A stretch of DNA of 64,000 nt from an uncultured Flavobacteriales bacterium (GTDB taxonomy: Bacteria; Bacteroidota; Bacteroidia; Flavobacteriales_D; Parvicellaceae), in contig CAWUIK010000002.1 of assembly GCA_963922585.1 (NCBI GenBank), positions 1,342-65,341 on the forward strand, written 5' to 3'. The notes beneath the pieces were generated by a model. The model had not been told where the DNA came from, ran no database searches, and saw only the letters and a list, made by a program, of their open reading frames with translations. Position 1 is the first letter of the stretch. Each line of letters begins with the position of its first letter. A program made the position numbers and the translations under genes. This document shows, piece after piece, positions 1 to 9,424 of this stretch.

Positions 1-115
1 TCTCGGTGTTTTTAATTTGATGGTACTGATAGAAAGAAATGGTCAAGCGATCTTCGCCAGACTCATCGATCAATTTGGCTCTCTCTTCAGCACTTAATTT
101 ATTGTACAGTTGCAT
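1..115 (-). CDS. N-terminal fragment (cut by window edge) of a UPF0176/YceA-type rhodanese-domain protein (TrhO-like)
   Basis: Minus-strand ATG at 113-115, then MQLYNKLSAEERAKLIDESGEDRLTISFYQYHQIKNTE, open to the window edge. It resembles YceA/TrhO N-termini (ISFYxY motif). Only 38 aa are visible. Confidence 0.4.
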   Translation of the reverse strand, partial: MQLYNKLSAEERAKLIDESGEDRLTISFYQYHQIKNTE

Positions 116-147
116 GCTATATCAATTATTTGGTGCTTAATAATGTG

Positions 148-155
148 CAAAAGTA
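148..155 (-). promoter_or_regulatory. Bacteroidetes-type -7 promoter box (TAnnTTTG)
   Basis: Minus-strand TACTTTTG about 33 nt upstream of the ATG at 115. Confidence 0.4.
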
Positions 156-488
156 AGTCAAATTTTTCAAAATACCATCAAAGTTGGTTGGTCTTCTTTT
201 TTTTGGCTGCCATTTCCTGCTGTTCGTTCCTAGTCCTCATCTGTGTGTCGGTAGATGTAAGATATTTCCAAGAGCTTCCATTGGTCGCTTTGTCTATATC
301 ACATCTTCAGAGACACACATCCTGCGGGCTATCCACTGCCATCAGGGGCAGAGTTAGGATTTTAGTTTCAAAACTAATTTTCTAAATTCAAGATTTAAAA
401 GAACATAAAAAAATTTATGAAACACAATTAAGTTTTTGTATTTAAATTTGTAGTAACATTATTAGTTAACACTGCGTTAGCAAACAAC

Positions 489-707
489 ATGACAACAAAA
501 ACCATTCATATAGACGAAAGCAACAAGTACGCTCAGGCATTTCTTGATTATTTAAAATCTTTAGATTTTGTAAAAATCGAAGAAAATGAAGATGTTGTTA
601 TTCCACAATGGCAACAAGATATTGTGAATGACCGTATCAAAAACACAAAAAGAGAAGATTATCTTTCGCAAGAAGAATTTGAAAATAGTTTGAACCTAGA
701 TATATGA
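489..707 (+). CDS. small acidic antitoxin-like protein (putative addiction-module component)
   Basis: 72-aa ORF whose stop overlaps (ATGA at 704-707) the start of a ParE/RelE-like reading frame. It has the same sequence pattern as the ORF at 56391. Confidence 0.5.
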   Translation: MTTKTIHIDESNKYAQAFLDYLKSLDFVKIEENEDVVIPQWQQDIVNDRIKNTKREDYLSQEEFENSLNLDI

Positions 708-1010
708 AAACATTTCTTCTTGATTTTCATCCATTGTTAAATGAAGAAGTTCAGCAAACTATCTCATACTTCAATGCTAAATCAAAAGGATTAGGGGCAA
801 AATTCTACAAAGATTTAAAATAGGTTGCCAAAAACTCAAAACAAATCCTTACTATCAAATAAGATATAACGACACTATATGTTACCACTTAGTAAATTTC
901 CCTACATGATTCATTTTAGCGTAGATGAGTATAAAAACAAAGTATTCATTGAGGCAATATTTAATACCAGTCAAAACCCTGATGATCACTGGGGTACAAG
1001 ATTCAAATAA
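704..1010 (+). pseudogene. ParE/RelE-family toxin remnant (in-frame stop plus frameshifts)
   Basis: MKTFLLDFHPLLNEEVQQTISYFNAKSKGLGAKFYKDLK then TAG. Later segments read NPYYQIRYND.. and ..FPYMIHFSVDEYKNKVFIEAIFNTSQNP.., each in a different frame. Confidence 0.55.
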
Positions 1011-1134
1011 AATATTTTACAATACTAGAATTTCTTTCTTAAATCGATTTCCTTATGGAATACATTTTCAATTAAATGGAAATAATGTTCTTATTCTAGG
1101 AATTTTCGCTATGAAAGACAATCCCAAAAAGTAG
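1006..1134 (+). pseudogene. C-terminal fragment of a second ParE/RelE-like toxin
   Basis: ..NKIFYNTRISFLNRFPYGIHFQLNGNNVLILGIFAMKDNPKK matches the C-terminal pattern of the neighbouring remnant (FPYxIHF...I..IF....NP). No matching N-terminal half is present. Confidence 0.4.
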
Positions 1135-1195
1135 AGGGTTTAATTTTGTTTGGTTATGCGTTCATAAGTAAGGTTACATCATTAGTTTTTCATTA

Positions 1196-1489
1196 TTATT
1201 CATTTTTTTCTCTAAAATATTCTACTCCTAGCGAATCATAACAAACAAAATCCCCATAATTTACTTTATTTACTAACGAACACTGACACGCTACTTTATT
1301 AAAGGAGTATGTTCTAAGAATTACTGTATCGTTTTTTAATACTGTTGTTGAAGATACAAGCTCTCCATTTTTATCAAAAACTGTATCAGATTCAACTACA
1401 GAACTTTTGCTATTTATTATTGCTTCATTAGTGTTTCTTCCGCAAAAAGAAAAAATTACAACAGGAATTATCAACAAGAAAACTTTCAT
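1196..1489 (-). CDS. small lipoprotein, unknown function
   Basis: The internal Met gives MKVFLLIIPVVIFSFC|G, a lipobox-like signal. The upstream 12 codons of the tracked ORF look like a spurious extension. Confidence 0.45.
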   Translation of the reverse strand: MKVFLLIIPVVIFSFCGRNTNEAIINSKSSVVESDTVFDKNGELVSSTTVLKNDTVILRTYSFNKVACQCSLVNKVNYGDFVCYDSLGVEYFREKNE

Positions 1490-1644
1490 ATATCTATAAT
1501 TTAATGTTTGTATATCTCGCACCATTGGTTCCGATAATCACAGGAATTTTACCCTGCATTTTACATTTGCTATTTTCATTTCTTAATTTCATTTTACAAT
1601 ATCTAACTAAATAACCCTCAAAGTTATTCAATCCTTACACTTTC

Positions 1645-2841
1645 TCAATACAAAAAACCAAACATCCATAATGGGAGGGTGTTTTGATGTGCATATTCGA
1701 TATTATCTTTAACCAAATAGGCATCTGAAACACCATTAATTTGTTTGTTTTCTTTGTTTTTTCCTCCTATCTCAAAAGTAAATTTATTATTGATTAAAAA
1801 ATCTCCTTTATCTGTATAATTCACTTTATTTTGATAGGAAACTTGATTTAGAAAAAAGGTTTCTCTTATATTTCCCACATTGGTATTATTGTATGAAAGT
1901 AAGTGCATCAGATTTGTATTGTCTAAATAGATTTTGTTGGGTTTTTGTAAAGCACTTACACCGAAAGTGTCTTTATACAAGTTTTTGGTTAGTCCTGCTT
2001 CTTCCAAATAATTGAGATAAGTCAATAAAGTAGTACGATTGATCTGAATTTTCTCACTCAACTTTGTTGTGTTAGGTGTAAAAGGAACTGACTCTGCAAT
2101 GACTACCAAAAGTTGTTTTATTTTGGAAATAAAAGCGATGTCAAATTTTCGATGTTGTGGCAATTCTACTTCGAGAATAAAATTAATTACCTCTTGCAAT
2201 CTTTGTAAATATAAGTCTGGTATTTCTTTGTAGAAAGGATAAAAGCCACTTTTAAGATAGGTATTGAAATATTGTAAGGGTCTTATTTTTTCATTTACTT
2301 CTGAAGAGATTGCACCTGCTTGGCTTAAAAGTTCTTCCAAATTATACTTATTAAAAGTCAAACCATGCTCAATGGATAAATATTCACGATAAGACAAACC
2401 TTGCATAGTAAAAACTACGGCTCTTCTGCTCAAATCTGCTCTTGCGTTCAATATTTCTAGTAAAGAAGAACCCGTGAAAACAATTTTTAGTTCGGGATAG
2501 TTGTCGTAAAAGTTTTTTAGCAATTGAGACCAACCTTCATATTTATGTACTTCGTCTAGAAACAAATACTTTCCTCCGTTTTGAGCAAATTCTATAACCA
2601 AATCATCTAAACCGTTATTGGAAAACCATAAATCATCCAAACTCACATAAAGTGTTTCGTTCATTTTGTCTGCCAAATGTAATTTGATATATTGCAACAT
2701 CAAGGTAGTTTTTCCGACACCTCTACTTCCTTTTATGCCTACCAATTGAGCATCCCAATATATTTCATTCATTATGGAACGAGTAAATTCTGTCGAAGTA
2801 TTTTGAACTTTCTTTTGAAAAGTATCTATTAGTCTTTGCAT
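1645..2841 (-). CDS. AAA+ ATPase, COG1373 type (AAA_14 + DUF4143-like architecture)
   Basis: 398 aa with Walker A GSRGVGKTT and Walker B LFLDEVH. The length and layout are typical of this family. Confidence 0.75.
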   Translation of the reverse strand: MQRLIDTFQKKVQNTSTEFTRSIMNEIYWDAQLVGIKGSRGVGKTTLMLQYIKLHLADKMNETLYVSLDDLWFSNNGLDDLVIEFAQNGGKYLFLDEVHKYEGWSQLLKNFYDNYPELKIVFTGSSLLEILNARADLSRRAVVFTMQGLSYREYLSIEHGLTFNKYNLEELLSQAGAISSEVNEKIRPLQYFNTYLKSGFYPFYKEIPDLYLQRLQEVINFILEVELPQHRKFDIAFISKIKQLLVVIAESVPFTPNTTKLSEKIQINRTTLLTYLNYLEEAGLTKNLYKDTFGVSALQKPNKIYLDNTNLMHLLSYNNTNVGNIRETFFLNQVSYQNKVNYTDKGDFLINNKFTFEIGGKNKENKQINGVSDAYLVKDNIEYAHQNTLPLWMFGFLY

Positions 2842-2980
2842 ATAATTTCTTATGATGAACTACAAAGATATAAAATGTTTATTACAATAAACAAAAAAAG
2901 AAAATATTGTTTATATAAATATACAAAAAGAAATTTTTGAGTATGATTTTATGAATTTTCAACCGAAATAATTTTCATAA

Positions 2981-4636
2981 CTATTCAATCTTCGTTTCTT
3001 TTAAGTTTAGCATATTCAGAGAGTTTCCTTTCAGTCCTGAAACTTTTTTATTCAAAAAACGAAGTGTTTCAGCATAGAATAATGGTATCACTGGCGCTTC
3101 ATCGTGAATGATTTGTTGCATATCTTTGTAATATTCATATCGAAGCGCTGTACTGTCTTCAATCAGCGCCAATTCATACAATTCGTCAAATGTATTGTTT
3201 TTGAAATGGGTATAATTCAAACCATTTTCTGGATAGAAATTCTTACTGTAAAACAATTGAAAATAATTAATCGCGTCAGGATAATCTGCTATCCAACTTT
3301 TGCGGTAAAAAGTGGCTTCAAACTGCGCTATAGATTGCCCCATATAACTTGGTGATAAAATATCGATGTTGACCTTCAGTCCTAAATCTTCCAAAGATTT
3401 TTGAATGTAGGTACACATTGCGGTGTACTCTGCAGTAGCCACCAATGTGATTTTTGGAATATCTTTATTGGATGCATAGCCCGCCTCTGAAAGCAATTTT
3501 TTGGCTTTGTCCAGATCGTATTTAAATCCTTCTATGGCATATTTTTCATATCCAGGCATTCCTTTGGGAACAAAACCAGTTGTGGCTGGTGTTCCGATAT
3601 TGTTTCTTAGATGTTTTACCAAAGACTCCATATCTATGGCATAACCAATAGCCTGTCTTACTTTTTGATGACTTAAAGGACTGTTTTTGACACTAGGAAT
3701 TCTATCATCCACTAATATACCGATATAATCTGTATTTAGCCAGGGTGTTTTTTGAAGGTAAAAATCATCTTCTAATTTTGGATTTAATGTTCCATCTGCT
3801 TGTATCAACTCATCTTTTTCATCTTCATTCAATCCCGAAATCATTTCGAGTTTACCATTGGTAAACTCAACAAATTCTACATGTCTATCTTTGATAAATG
3901 TAATGGCTACAGCATCTAAATAAGGTAATGGATTTCCTTCTTTGTCTTTTTCAAAATATTCTGGATTTTTACCCAAAACCATTTTTACATTTCTTTTCCA
4001 TTTCTTGAATACAAACGGGCCTGTTCCTATCGGATTTTCTCCAAAATCGTTTCCAAAAAAGGAAATTGCACTACTTGGAACAACACTACAATAAGGAAGA
4101 GAAAGTTGATATAAAAATGAAGGTTGTGGTTTTTCTAAGTAAATTTTCACAATATAATCGCCTTCCGTTAGAATTCCCTTAAATTCTGAATTAGGTCCTC
4201 TATCTATGTTTTTGAAGATATACTGCCCTGGTGATGCAGTAGAAGGGTCGATGATTCTTAATAGAGAATATACTACATCTTTTGAAGTTACTTTTCTTTC
4301 GTTTTCACCTTTGAAAATAGCATGATTATGGAATTTCACATCTTCTCTCAAATAGAAAGTATAGACTTTACCGTCACTTGATATGTCCCATGAAGAAGCA
4401 ATTGCAGGAACAACGTTCATGTTTTCATCTAATGTAACCAAACCGTTAAAGATTTGATTTACCGCCAAAAAATCCTCAAATCTCCTTACCAAAGCAGGGT
4501 CTAAAGTGTTGATTCCAGCAGATTCGTTGTACCTAAAAACGGTTTTCCCGTCATTCGAGTGATCTGAATCTTTGTTGCTACATCCAATTAAGATAAAAGC
4601 AAACAACAATAACGTTATTGATTTTTGTAATGACAT
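2981..4636 (-). CDS. ABC transporter substrate-binding lipoprotein, family 5 (peptide/nickel type)
   Basis: 551 aa with lipoprotein signal LLFAFILIGC|S. Length and sequence are typical of OppA/DppA-like SBP family 5. Confidence 0.75.
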   Translation of the reverse strand: MSLQKSITLLLFAFILIGCSNKDSDHSNDGKTVFRYNESAGINTLDPALVRRFEDFLAVNQIFNGLVTLDENMNVVPAIASSWDISSDGKVYTFYLREDVKFHNHAIFKGENERKVTSKDVVYSLLRIIDPSTASPGQYIFKNIDRGPNSEFKGILTEGDYIVKIYLEKPQPSFLYQLSLPYCSVVPSSAISFFGNDFGENPIGTGPFVFKKWKRNVKMVLGKNPEYFEKDKEGNPLPYLDAVAITFIKDRHVEFVEFTNGKLEMISGLNEDEKDELIQADGTLNPKLEDDFYLQKTPWLNTDYIGILVDDRIPSVKNSPLSHQKVRQAIGYAIDMESLVKHLRNNIGTPATTGFVPKGMPGYEKYAIEGFKYDLDKAKKLLSEAGYASNKDIPKITLVATAEYTAMCTYIQKSLEDLGLKVNIDILSPSYMGQSIAQFEATFYRKSWIADYPDAINYFQLFYSKNFYPENGLNYTHFKNNTFDELYELALIEDSTALRYEYYKDMQQIIHDEAPVIPLFYAETLRFLNKKVSGLKGNSLNMLNLKETKIE

Positions 4637-4713
4637 AAGTTGAAATATTATCTTGTAATATTACGAAATCAGTTCGCACCAATTCATTCAAAAACTAAGA
4701 ATTACTAACAAGA

Positions 4714-6306
4714 TTACTTGGATAAGGTGGGGACAATCACTTTTAAGTCGCTCGAAAAGCAATCTGATGCTTGAAGAAGTATCTCTAAATATTCTTCTTT
4801 TCCAACGCTTATAAAGTCATCAATAAAACCTTGTGATCGCTCATTCAGTTTGCTATTAGGGAAATACGTTTTTTGTAAAGCCACAATTTTTTGAATGCCT
4901 GCTTCTTCTCTTAATTTGAGATCTTGAAAAACTTTTTTGTCGAGTTTCTTGATGAATTTTTCCATTCTTTTCAACTCAGCAGACATCATCTTTTGGTGGT
5001 TTTTGAGCAATCGATTGGTTTTTTGTTCTAATCCATCAAAGTATTGCTTTAGTTTTTCTTTATCGTCTTCAAAATCTACTTCGGGAGTGGTGTTTTTATT
5101 TATAAAAAGTTGAATTAATTCATCTTCATGTAAGCCCAAGTCGCTGAATGACAATTGATATTTCTCAAAGGTTTCCAAATGTTGAGACGAAACGAAAACA
5201 AAACTGTCTCTCAAAACCAAAAGCGGAAAAGTCACTTTATAATCTTCAAAATTTGATTTCAATTGAAGCCAATACGCCAACTCTCCTGGTCCACCTATAT
5301 AAGCAATGTTGGGCAAAACAAATTCTTCATAAAGAGGTCTAAAAACAGCATTGGGACTTATACTTGTAATATTTGTCTCCAAAACATTTCGCATTTCATC
5401 TTCTGTAAACTCAAGATTGGTGTTAAGGATAGAAAATCCTCGTTGCGTTTTTACAATCCTTTCTCTCAACCCGTCTTCTATATAGAATAAGTTGATATTT
5501 CGAGAATGCACCTGAATATGATAACCTAATTTACTGAGTTCTTGATTGGTATTTTCGATATTTTGATGCGTATTTTGTTCAAAAAGTTCTCTTTCAAAAA
5601 GCGGTAAACTCATTTTTTTTAAATCCACATCATCACCATCGATGATGATGATTTGTTCACCAAAAAAACATTGCACCCAATATCTTGTAGCATCAGACCA
5701 ATTGGTCATTTCAAAAGATTTTTCAAAAATTTCTTTGAGATATTTGGCGCTCAAAGAAGTTCCTACAGCAGATTTGAATTGCTCAAAAGTATCCACAAAA
5801 ACTTTTGGTTGAAGACGTCCCAACGGTCCTTCTGCGGGGTTTTTTGAAGCGATTTTTATATTTTGAGTTTTAAAATTATTGACTTCATCAAAATCATGAT
5901 CTTCGCTTGCCAACCAAAAAATGGGTAAAACTTTATAGTTTGGGTAAGATTTATTGAGTGTTTCCGCCAATTTGATGATAGAAATTATTTTATGTATAAA
6001 ATATTTTGCGCCACCATATAATGAAAGTTGGTGCCCTGTGGTAACCGTAAAAGTGTTTTCGTTGCGTAATTCATTCAGGATTTTTGGAGGCTCAATATTA
6101 CTTTTAGCATATTGATTGACCAATGCCTGATGCAAAATTGTTCTTTTTGAATTGTTAAACTGAACTCTTGAAAATTGTTTTCCAAAAGATTCAATACTTG
6201 GAAATTCAGTAACAAATTGAGATAAACGACCATCTTTGTTTACATAATCATTAACGATTTTAGACAAGCCTGTCTGTTTTACCTTCAATATGCTACAATC
6301 ACTCAT
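4714..6306 (-). CDS. bshC: bacillithiol biosynthesis cysteine-adding enzyme BshC
   Basis: 530 aa with a GGPGELAYWLQLK motif and a C-terminal coiled-coil region, as in BshC-family proteins of Bacteroidota and Firmicutes. Confidence 0.65.
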   Translation of the reverse strand: MSDCSILKVKQTGLSKIVNDYVNKDGRLSQFVTEFPSIESFGKQFSRVQFNNSKRTILHQALVNQYAKSNIEPPKILNELRNENTFTVTTGHQLSLYGGAKYFIHKIISIIKLAETLNKSYPNYKVLPIFWLASEDHDFDEVNNFKTQNIKIASKNPAEGPLGRLQPKVFVDTFEQFKSAVGTSLSAKYLKEIFEKSFEMTNWSDATRYWVQCFFGEQIIIIDGDDVDLKKMSLPLFERELFEQNTHQNIENTNQELSKLGYHIQVHSRNINLFYIEDGLRERIVKTQRGFSILNTNLEFTEDEMRNVLETNITSISPNAVFRPLYEEFVLPNIAYIGGPGELAYWLQLKSNFEDYKVTFPLLVLRDSFVFVSSQHLETFEKYQLSFSDLGLHEDELIQLFINKNTTPEVDFEDDKEKLKQYFDGLEQKTNRLLKNHQKMMSAELKRMEKFIKKLDKKVFQDLKLREEAGIQKIVALQKTYFPNSKLNERSQGFIDDFISVGKEEYLEILLQASDCFSSDLKVIVPTLSK

Positions 6307-6392
6307 GTTTACAAAAATATACTAAATACTTTAGATGGAACAAGTGATGTACAAAAATTTAAATTACAATAGTATGATTAGTCAACAAGATG

Positions 6393-7442
6393 CTACATTT
6401 CAACCTCAAAATATACAGGAAGATGATCTGAAATGCCTCCATAATAATTTGAGCCTCCGTATGTTCTATTGGGAGTAGCATTGCCCTCTTTGTCTATATA
6501 CATCATCCAGTCTTCTTTCAGTATGACAGCCCCTGGAGTTTTCAATTTTGTTTTTAACCCATTTGTAACAATTATATTATCTAAACATCCCCATTCTCCT
6601 TTATAATTGTAAGTTCCGAAGCCTTTAATATGATTATCTAATTGAAGATTTACCAAATGCGATTCAGAATCTAATTCTTGCGCCCCCAAAACTGCATAAA
6701 TGCTATTATCAGTTGGATAATCATTCATATCTCCTACAATGATAATGTTTTGTGTTTCCCACTGAGGAATATTTTCTGAGATATGATTTTTGAGTGTTTT
6801 GGCAGCATTTTCTCTTTTATAAGAAGACGCTTCAGCCCCTCCCCTTCTTGATGACCAATGATTTACATATACGTGTAGAATATTTTTGGATTTAATAACT
6901 TCAAACTTGCAATATAAAATATCTCTCGTTCTGTAACTTTCATCATCTGCAATAGACAACAAAATGGGTTGGCTATCTAATAGTTTAAATTTAGTAGTAT
7001 TATAAAGAGCAGCCACATCTATACCTCTGGCATCTGGGCTATCAAAATGAACAATATCAAAGTAGCTGTCCTTCAACACCGTTTGTGAAACTAAGTCTTT
7101 TACTACTTCATAATTTTCAACTTCACAAAGACCAATAATGTCTGGCCCTCCAGTTTCTGAATTCATTGCATCTATCACTTTAGATAAATCTGCTAATTTT
7201 TTTATGTATTTTTCCGAATTCCACTCTGTTTCAGATGTTGGCAAAAACCACTCGTCTTCTGTTTTAGGATCATCAATGGTATCAAAAAGGTTTTCTACGT
7301 TATAAAAACCAATATTATAAGTTTGTAAATCTTGTTGAATATTTACGCTATCGTTTTTTTCAATACTAGAATTAGTAACTTCTGAAGAATTACAAGAAAT
7401 AAAAAAAAGAGATAAAAATCCAATGATGAAAAATTGTTTCAT
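6393..7442 (-). CDS. secreted endonuclease/exonuclease/phosphatase (EEP) family protein
   Basis: 349 aa with lipoprotein-type signal FFISC|N and EEP-like motifs (GLCEVEN, VNHWSSRRGG, SDHLPV). Confidence 0.75.
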   Translation of the reverse strand: MKQFFIIGFLSLFFISCNSSEVTNSSIEKNDSVNIQQDLQTYNIGFYNVENLFDTIDDPKTEDEWFLPTSETEWNSEKYIKKLADLSKVIDAMNSETGGPDIIGLCEVENYEVVKDLVSQTVLKDSYFDIVHFDSPDARGIDVAALYNTTKFKLLDSQPILLSIADDESYRTRDILYCKFEVIKSKNILHVYVNHWSSRRGGAEASSYKRENAAKTLKNHISENIPQWETQNIIIVGDMNDYPTDNSIYAVLGAQELDSESHLVNLQLDNHIKGFGTYNYKGEWGCLDNIIVTNGLKTKLKTPGAVILKEDWMMYIDKEGNATPNRTYGGSNYYGGISDHLPVYFEVEM

Positions 7443-7612
7443 AAGTGCTTTTTAGTTTAAGTTTGCTAAAATAAGGATATTTCATTTAAATTATATGCTT
7501 TAAATACAAAAGATAACTATTTGGCAAGAAAAAGTAGATTAATTTAGTGCTAAAAAGAATATTTGTTGATAAAATATGGGCAAATATCCTTTTAAAAACG
7601 CAAACGAAAACC

Positions 7613-7620
7613 TATCTTTG
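7613..7620 (+). promoter_or_regulatory. -7 promoter box (TAnnTTTG) for dnaX
   Basis: TATCTTTG ends 12 nt before the dnaX ATG at 7632. Confidence 0.45.
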
Positions 7621-7631
7621 TGACTCAATAA

Positions 7632-8714
7632 ATGGCAGAAGAACAATTCATAGTATCCGCGAGGAAGTATAGACCCAGTCAATGGGAAAGTGTGGTAGGT
7701 CAATCCAACATCACAACGACTATGCAACACGCTATTGAAACTGGACATTTGGCGCCTGCTTATCTTTTTTGTGGACCTCGAGGTGTTGGAAAAACAACTT
7801 GTGCTAGAATTTTTGCCAAAGCAATTAACCAGTCTGAAAGTGGCAATGCAGATGAAGATTTTTCATTCAATATTTTTGAATTAGATGCGGCTTCCAACAA
7901 TTCTGTTGAAGATATAAGATCTTTAATTGACCAAGTGAGAATCCCCCCTCAAAATGGAAAATACAAAGTCTATATCATTGACGAGGTGCACATGTTGAGT
8001 TCGAATGCCTTCAATGCTTTCTTAAAAACATTGGAAGAACCACCTTCTTATGCCATTTTTGTACTTGCAACCACAGAAAAACACAAACTACTTCCTACGA
8101 TTCTTTCAAGATGTCAAATATATGATTTCAACAGAATCACGATTGCAGATATTGCAAAGCATTTGGCTTGGATATCGGAAAAGGAAGGTATAAAGGCAGA
8201 ATCTGATGCATTGCACGTAATTGCTGAAAAAGCAGATGGAGCCTTGAGAGATGCACTTTCAATCTTTGACCAAATTGTCAATTTTACAGACGGAAATATC
8301 ACTTATGATGCAGTTCTGAAGAATTTGAATATTCTAGATTATGATTTTTATTTTAAAATCACTGAATACATTCTTGCAAACAACATTCACGAAGCCCTAT
8401 TGGTTTTTGACGAAATCTTAGAAAATGGTTTTGACGGACATAACTTCATCGTTGGCTTAGGTGCACATTATAGAAATCTTTTGGTTTGTAAAGACCCAAT
8501 TACTTTAAAATTGCTTGAAGTTGGAGATAGTATTAAAACCAAATACAATGACCAATCTCAAAAAGCAAATGCAAAATTCCTAATTGATGCCCTCACCATT
8601 GTTGGTGAATGTGACGTCAATTACAAAACATCCAAAAATCAACGGCTCTTAGTTGAGTTAGCGATTATGAAGATGAGTTCTCTAACAGCGTTAGAGGGCG
8701 AAAAAAAAAACTAA
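7632..8714 (+). CDS. dnaX: DNA polymerase III subunit gamma/tau, clamp-loader portion (zero-frame, gamma-length product)
   Basis: 360 aa with Walker A GPRGVGKTT, DEVHML and SRC motifs. It ends GAA AAA AAA AAC TAA. Confidence 0.9.
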   Translation: MAEEQFIVSARKYRPSQWESVVGQSNITTTMQHAIETGHLAPAYLFCGPRGVGKTTCARIFAKAINQSESGNADEDFSFNIFELDAASNNSVEDIRSLIDQVRIPPQNGKYKVYIIDEVHMLSSNAFNAFLKTLEEPPSYAIFVLATTEKHKLLPTILSRCQIYDFNRITIADIAKHLAWISEKEGIKAESDALHVIAEKADGALRDALSIFDQIVNFTDGNITYDAVLKNLNILDYDFYFKITEYILANNIHEALLVFDEILENGFDGHNFIVGLGAHYRNLLVCKDPITLKLLEVGDSIKTKYNDQSQKANAKFLIDALTIVGECDVNYKTSKNQRLLVELAIMKMSSLTALEGEKKN

Positions 8715-9402
8715 CTCATCAGACTTTAAAATAATTTCGCCTAATATCTTCGAGAATCATATTCCTGCTCCTCCCAACGGTCAGGAAATAAAGAAAGATG
8801 TTCCCAAAGAACCTAGTCAAACAAAAATTGATAAAGTTTCTGTTTCTGAAAATCCAACTAGCGGTAGTATTTCAACAGCAGAAACTCCAACTCAAACAAA
8901 CACTAATGTAAAACCTTTAAAAGTTGCTTCTTTCGGAAAGTTTAAGTTAAAGTCAGATCTTTCGTTGTCTAAAAAAACAGAAGAACAAAAAGCCGCTGAA
9001 GAGCAAGAAGAAGATTTGAGTAAAAAGCCCAAAACACCTTTTACTCAAGAACAGTTAAATGCAAAATGGAAATCATATTGTTACTTAATTCAAAAAGAAG
9101 GAAAAGGAGGGTTATATGCCACTTTAACAAAACATCCTGTTTTGGTAAAAGATAATTTTCAGTTAGAGTTGGTCTTAGATAGCGAAATTCAAGAATTAGA
9201 GTTGAATGCTTCAAAGTCAAATTTACTCAGTTTCCTAAGGAAAGAACTTAATAATTATCAGATAGATTTGAAAACCATTATCAATGTAAATGTAAAAGAA
9301 ACGAAACATTTAACGAATAAAGATAAGTTTTTGCAAATGGCGGAGAAAAATCCTGTCCTGAATAGTTTGAGAGAGCGATTAGGGTTGGATATTGAGTATT
9401 AA
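8695..9402 (+). CDS. dnaX: tau-specific C-terminal portion of DnaX, in the +1 frame relative to 7632..8714
   Basis: The +1 frame is closed by TAG at 8692-8694 and then stays open from 8695 to 9402. It reads a P/T/S/K-rich linker followed by the 145-aa tracked ORF (TTG at 8965). Confidence 0.65.
   Translation, partial: RAKKKTNSSDFKIISPNIFENHIPAPPNGQEIKKDVPKEPSQTKIDKVSVSENPTSGSISTAETPTQTNTNVKPLKVASFGKFKLKSDLSLSKKTEEQKAAEEQEEDLSKKPKTPFTQEQLNAKWKSYCYLIQKEGKGGLYATLTKHPVLVKDNFQLELVLDSEIQELELNASKSNLLSFLRKELNNYQIDLKTIINVNVKETKHLTNKDKFLQMAEKNPVLNSLRERLGLDIEY
8701..8710. repeat. A10 homopolymer at the dnaX frame junction
   Basis: Ten consecutive A residues, flanked by G8700 and C8711. Confidence 0.95.
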
Positions 9403-9424
9403 TTGTCTCTGAAAATTTAGTTTT

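Noticed and set aside
110-385. 91-aa ORF in the left-end intergenic region
   Set aside because: It has Cys/Leu/Ser-rich low-complexity content and no recognisable motif. It starts inside the divergent trhO-like start region and overlaps a stretch better explained as structured non-coding DNA or a relic.
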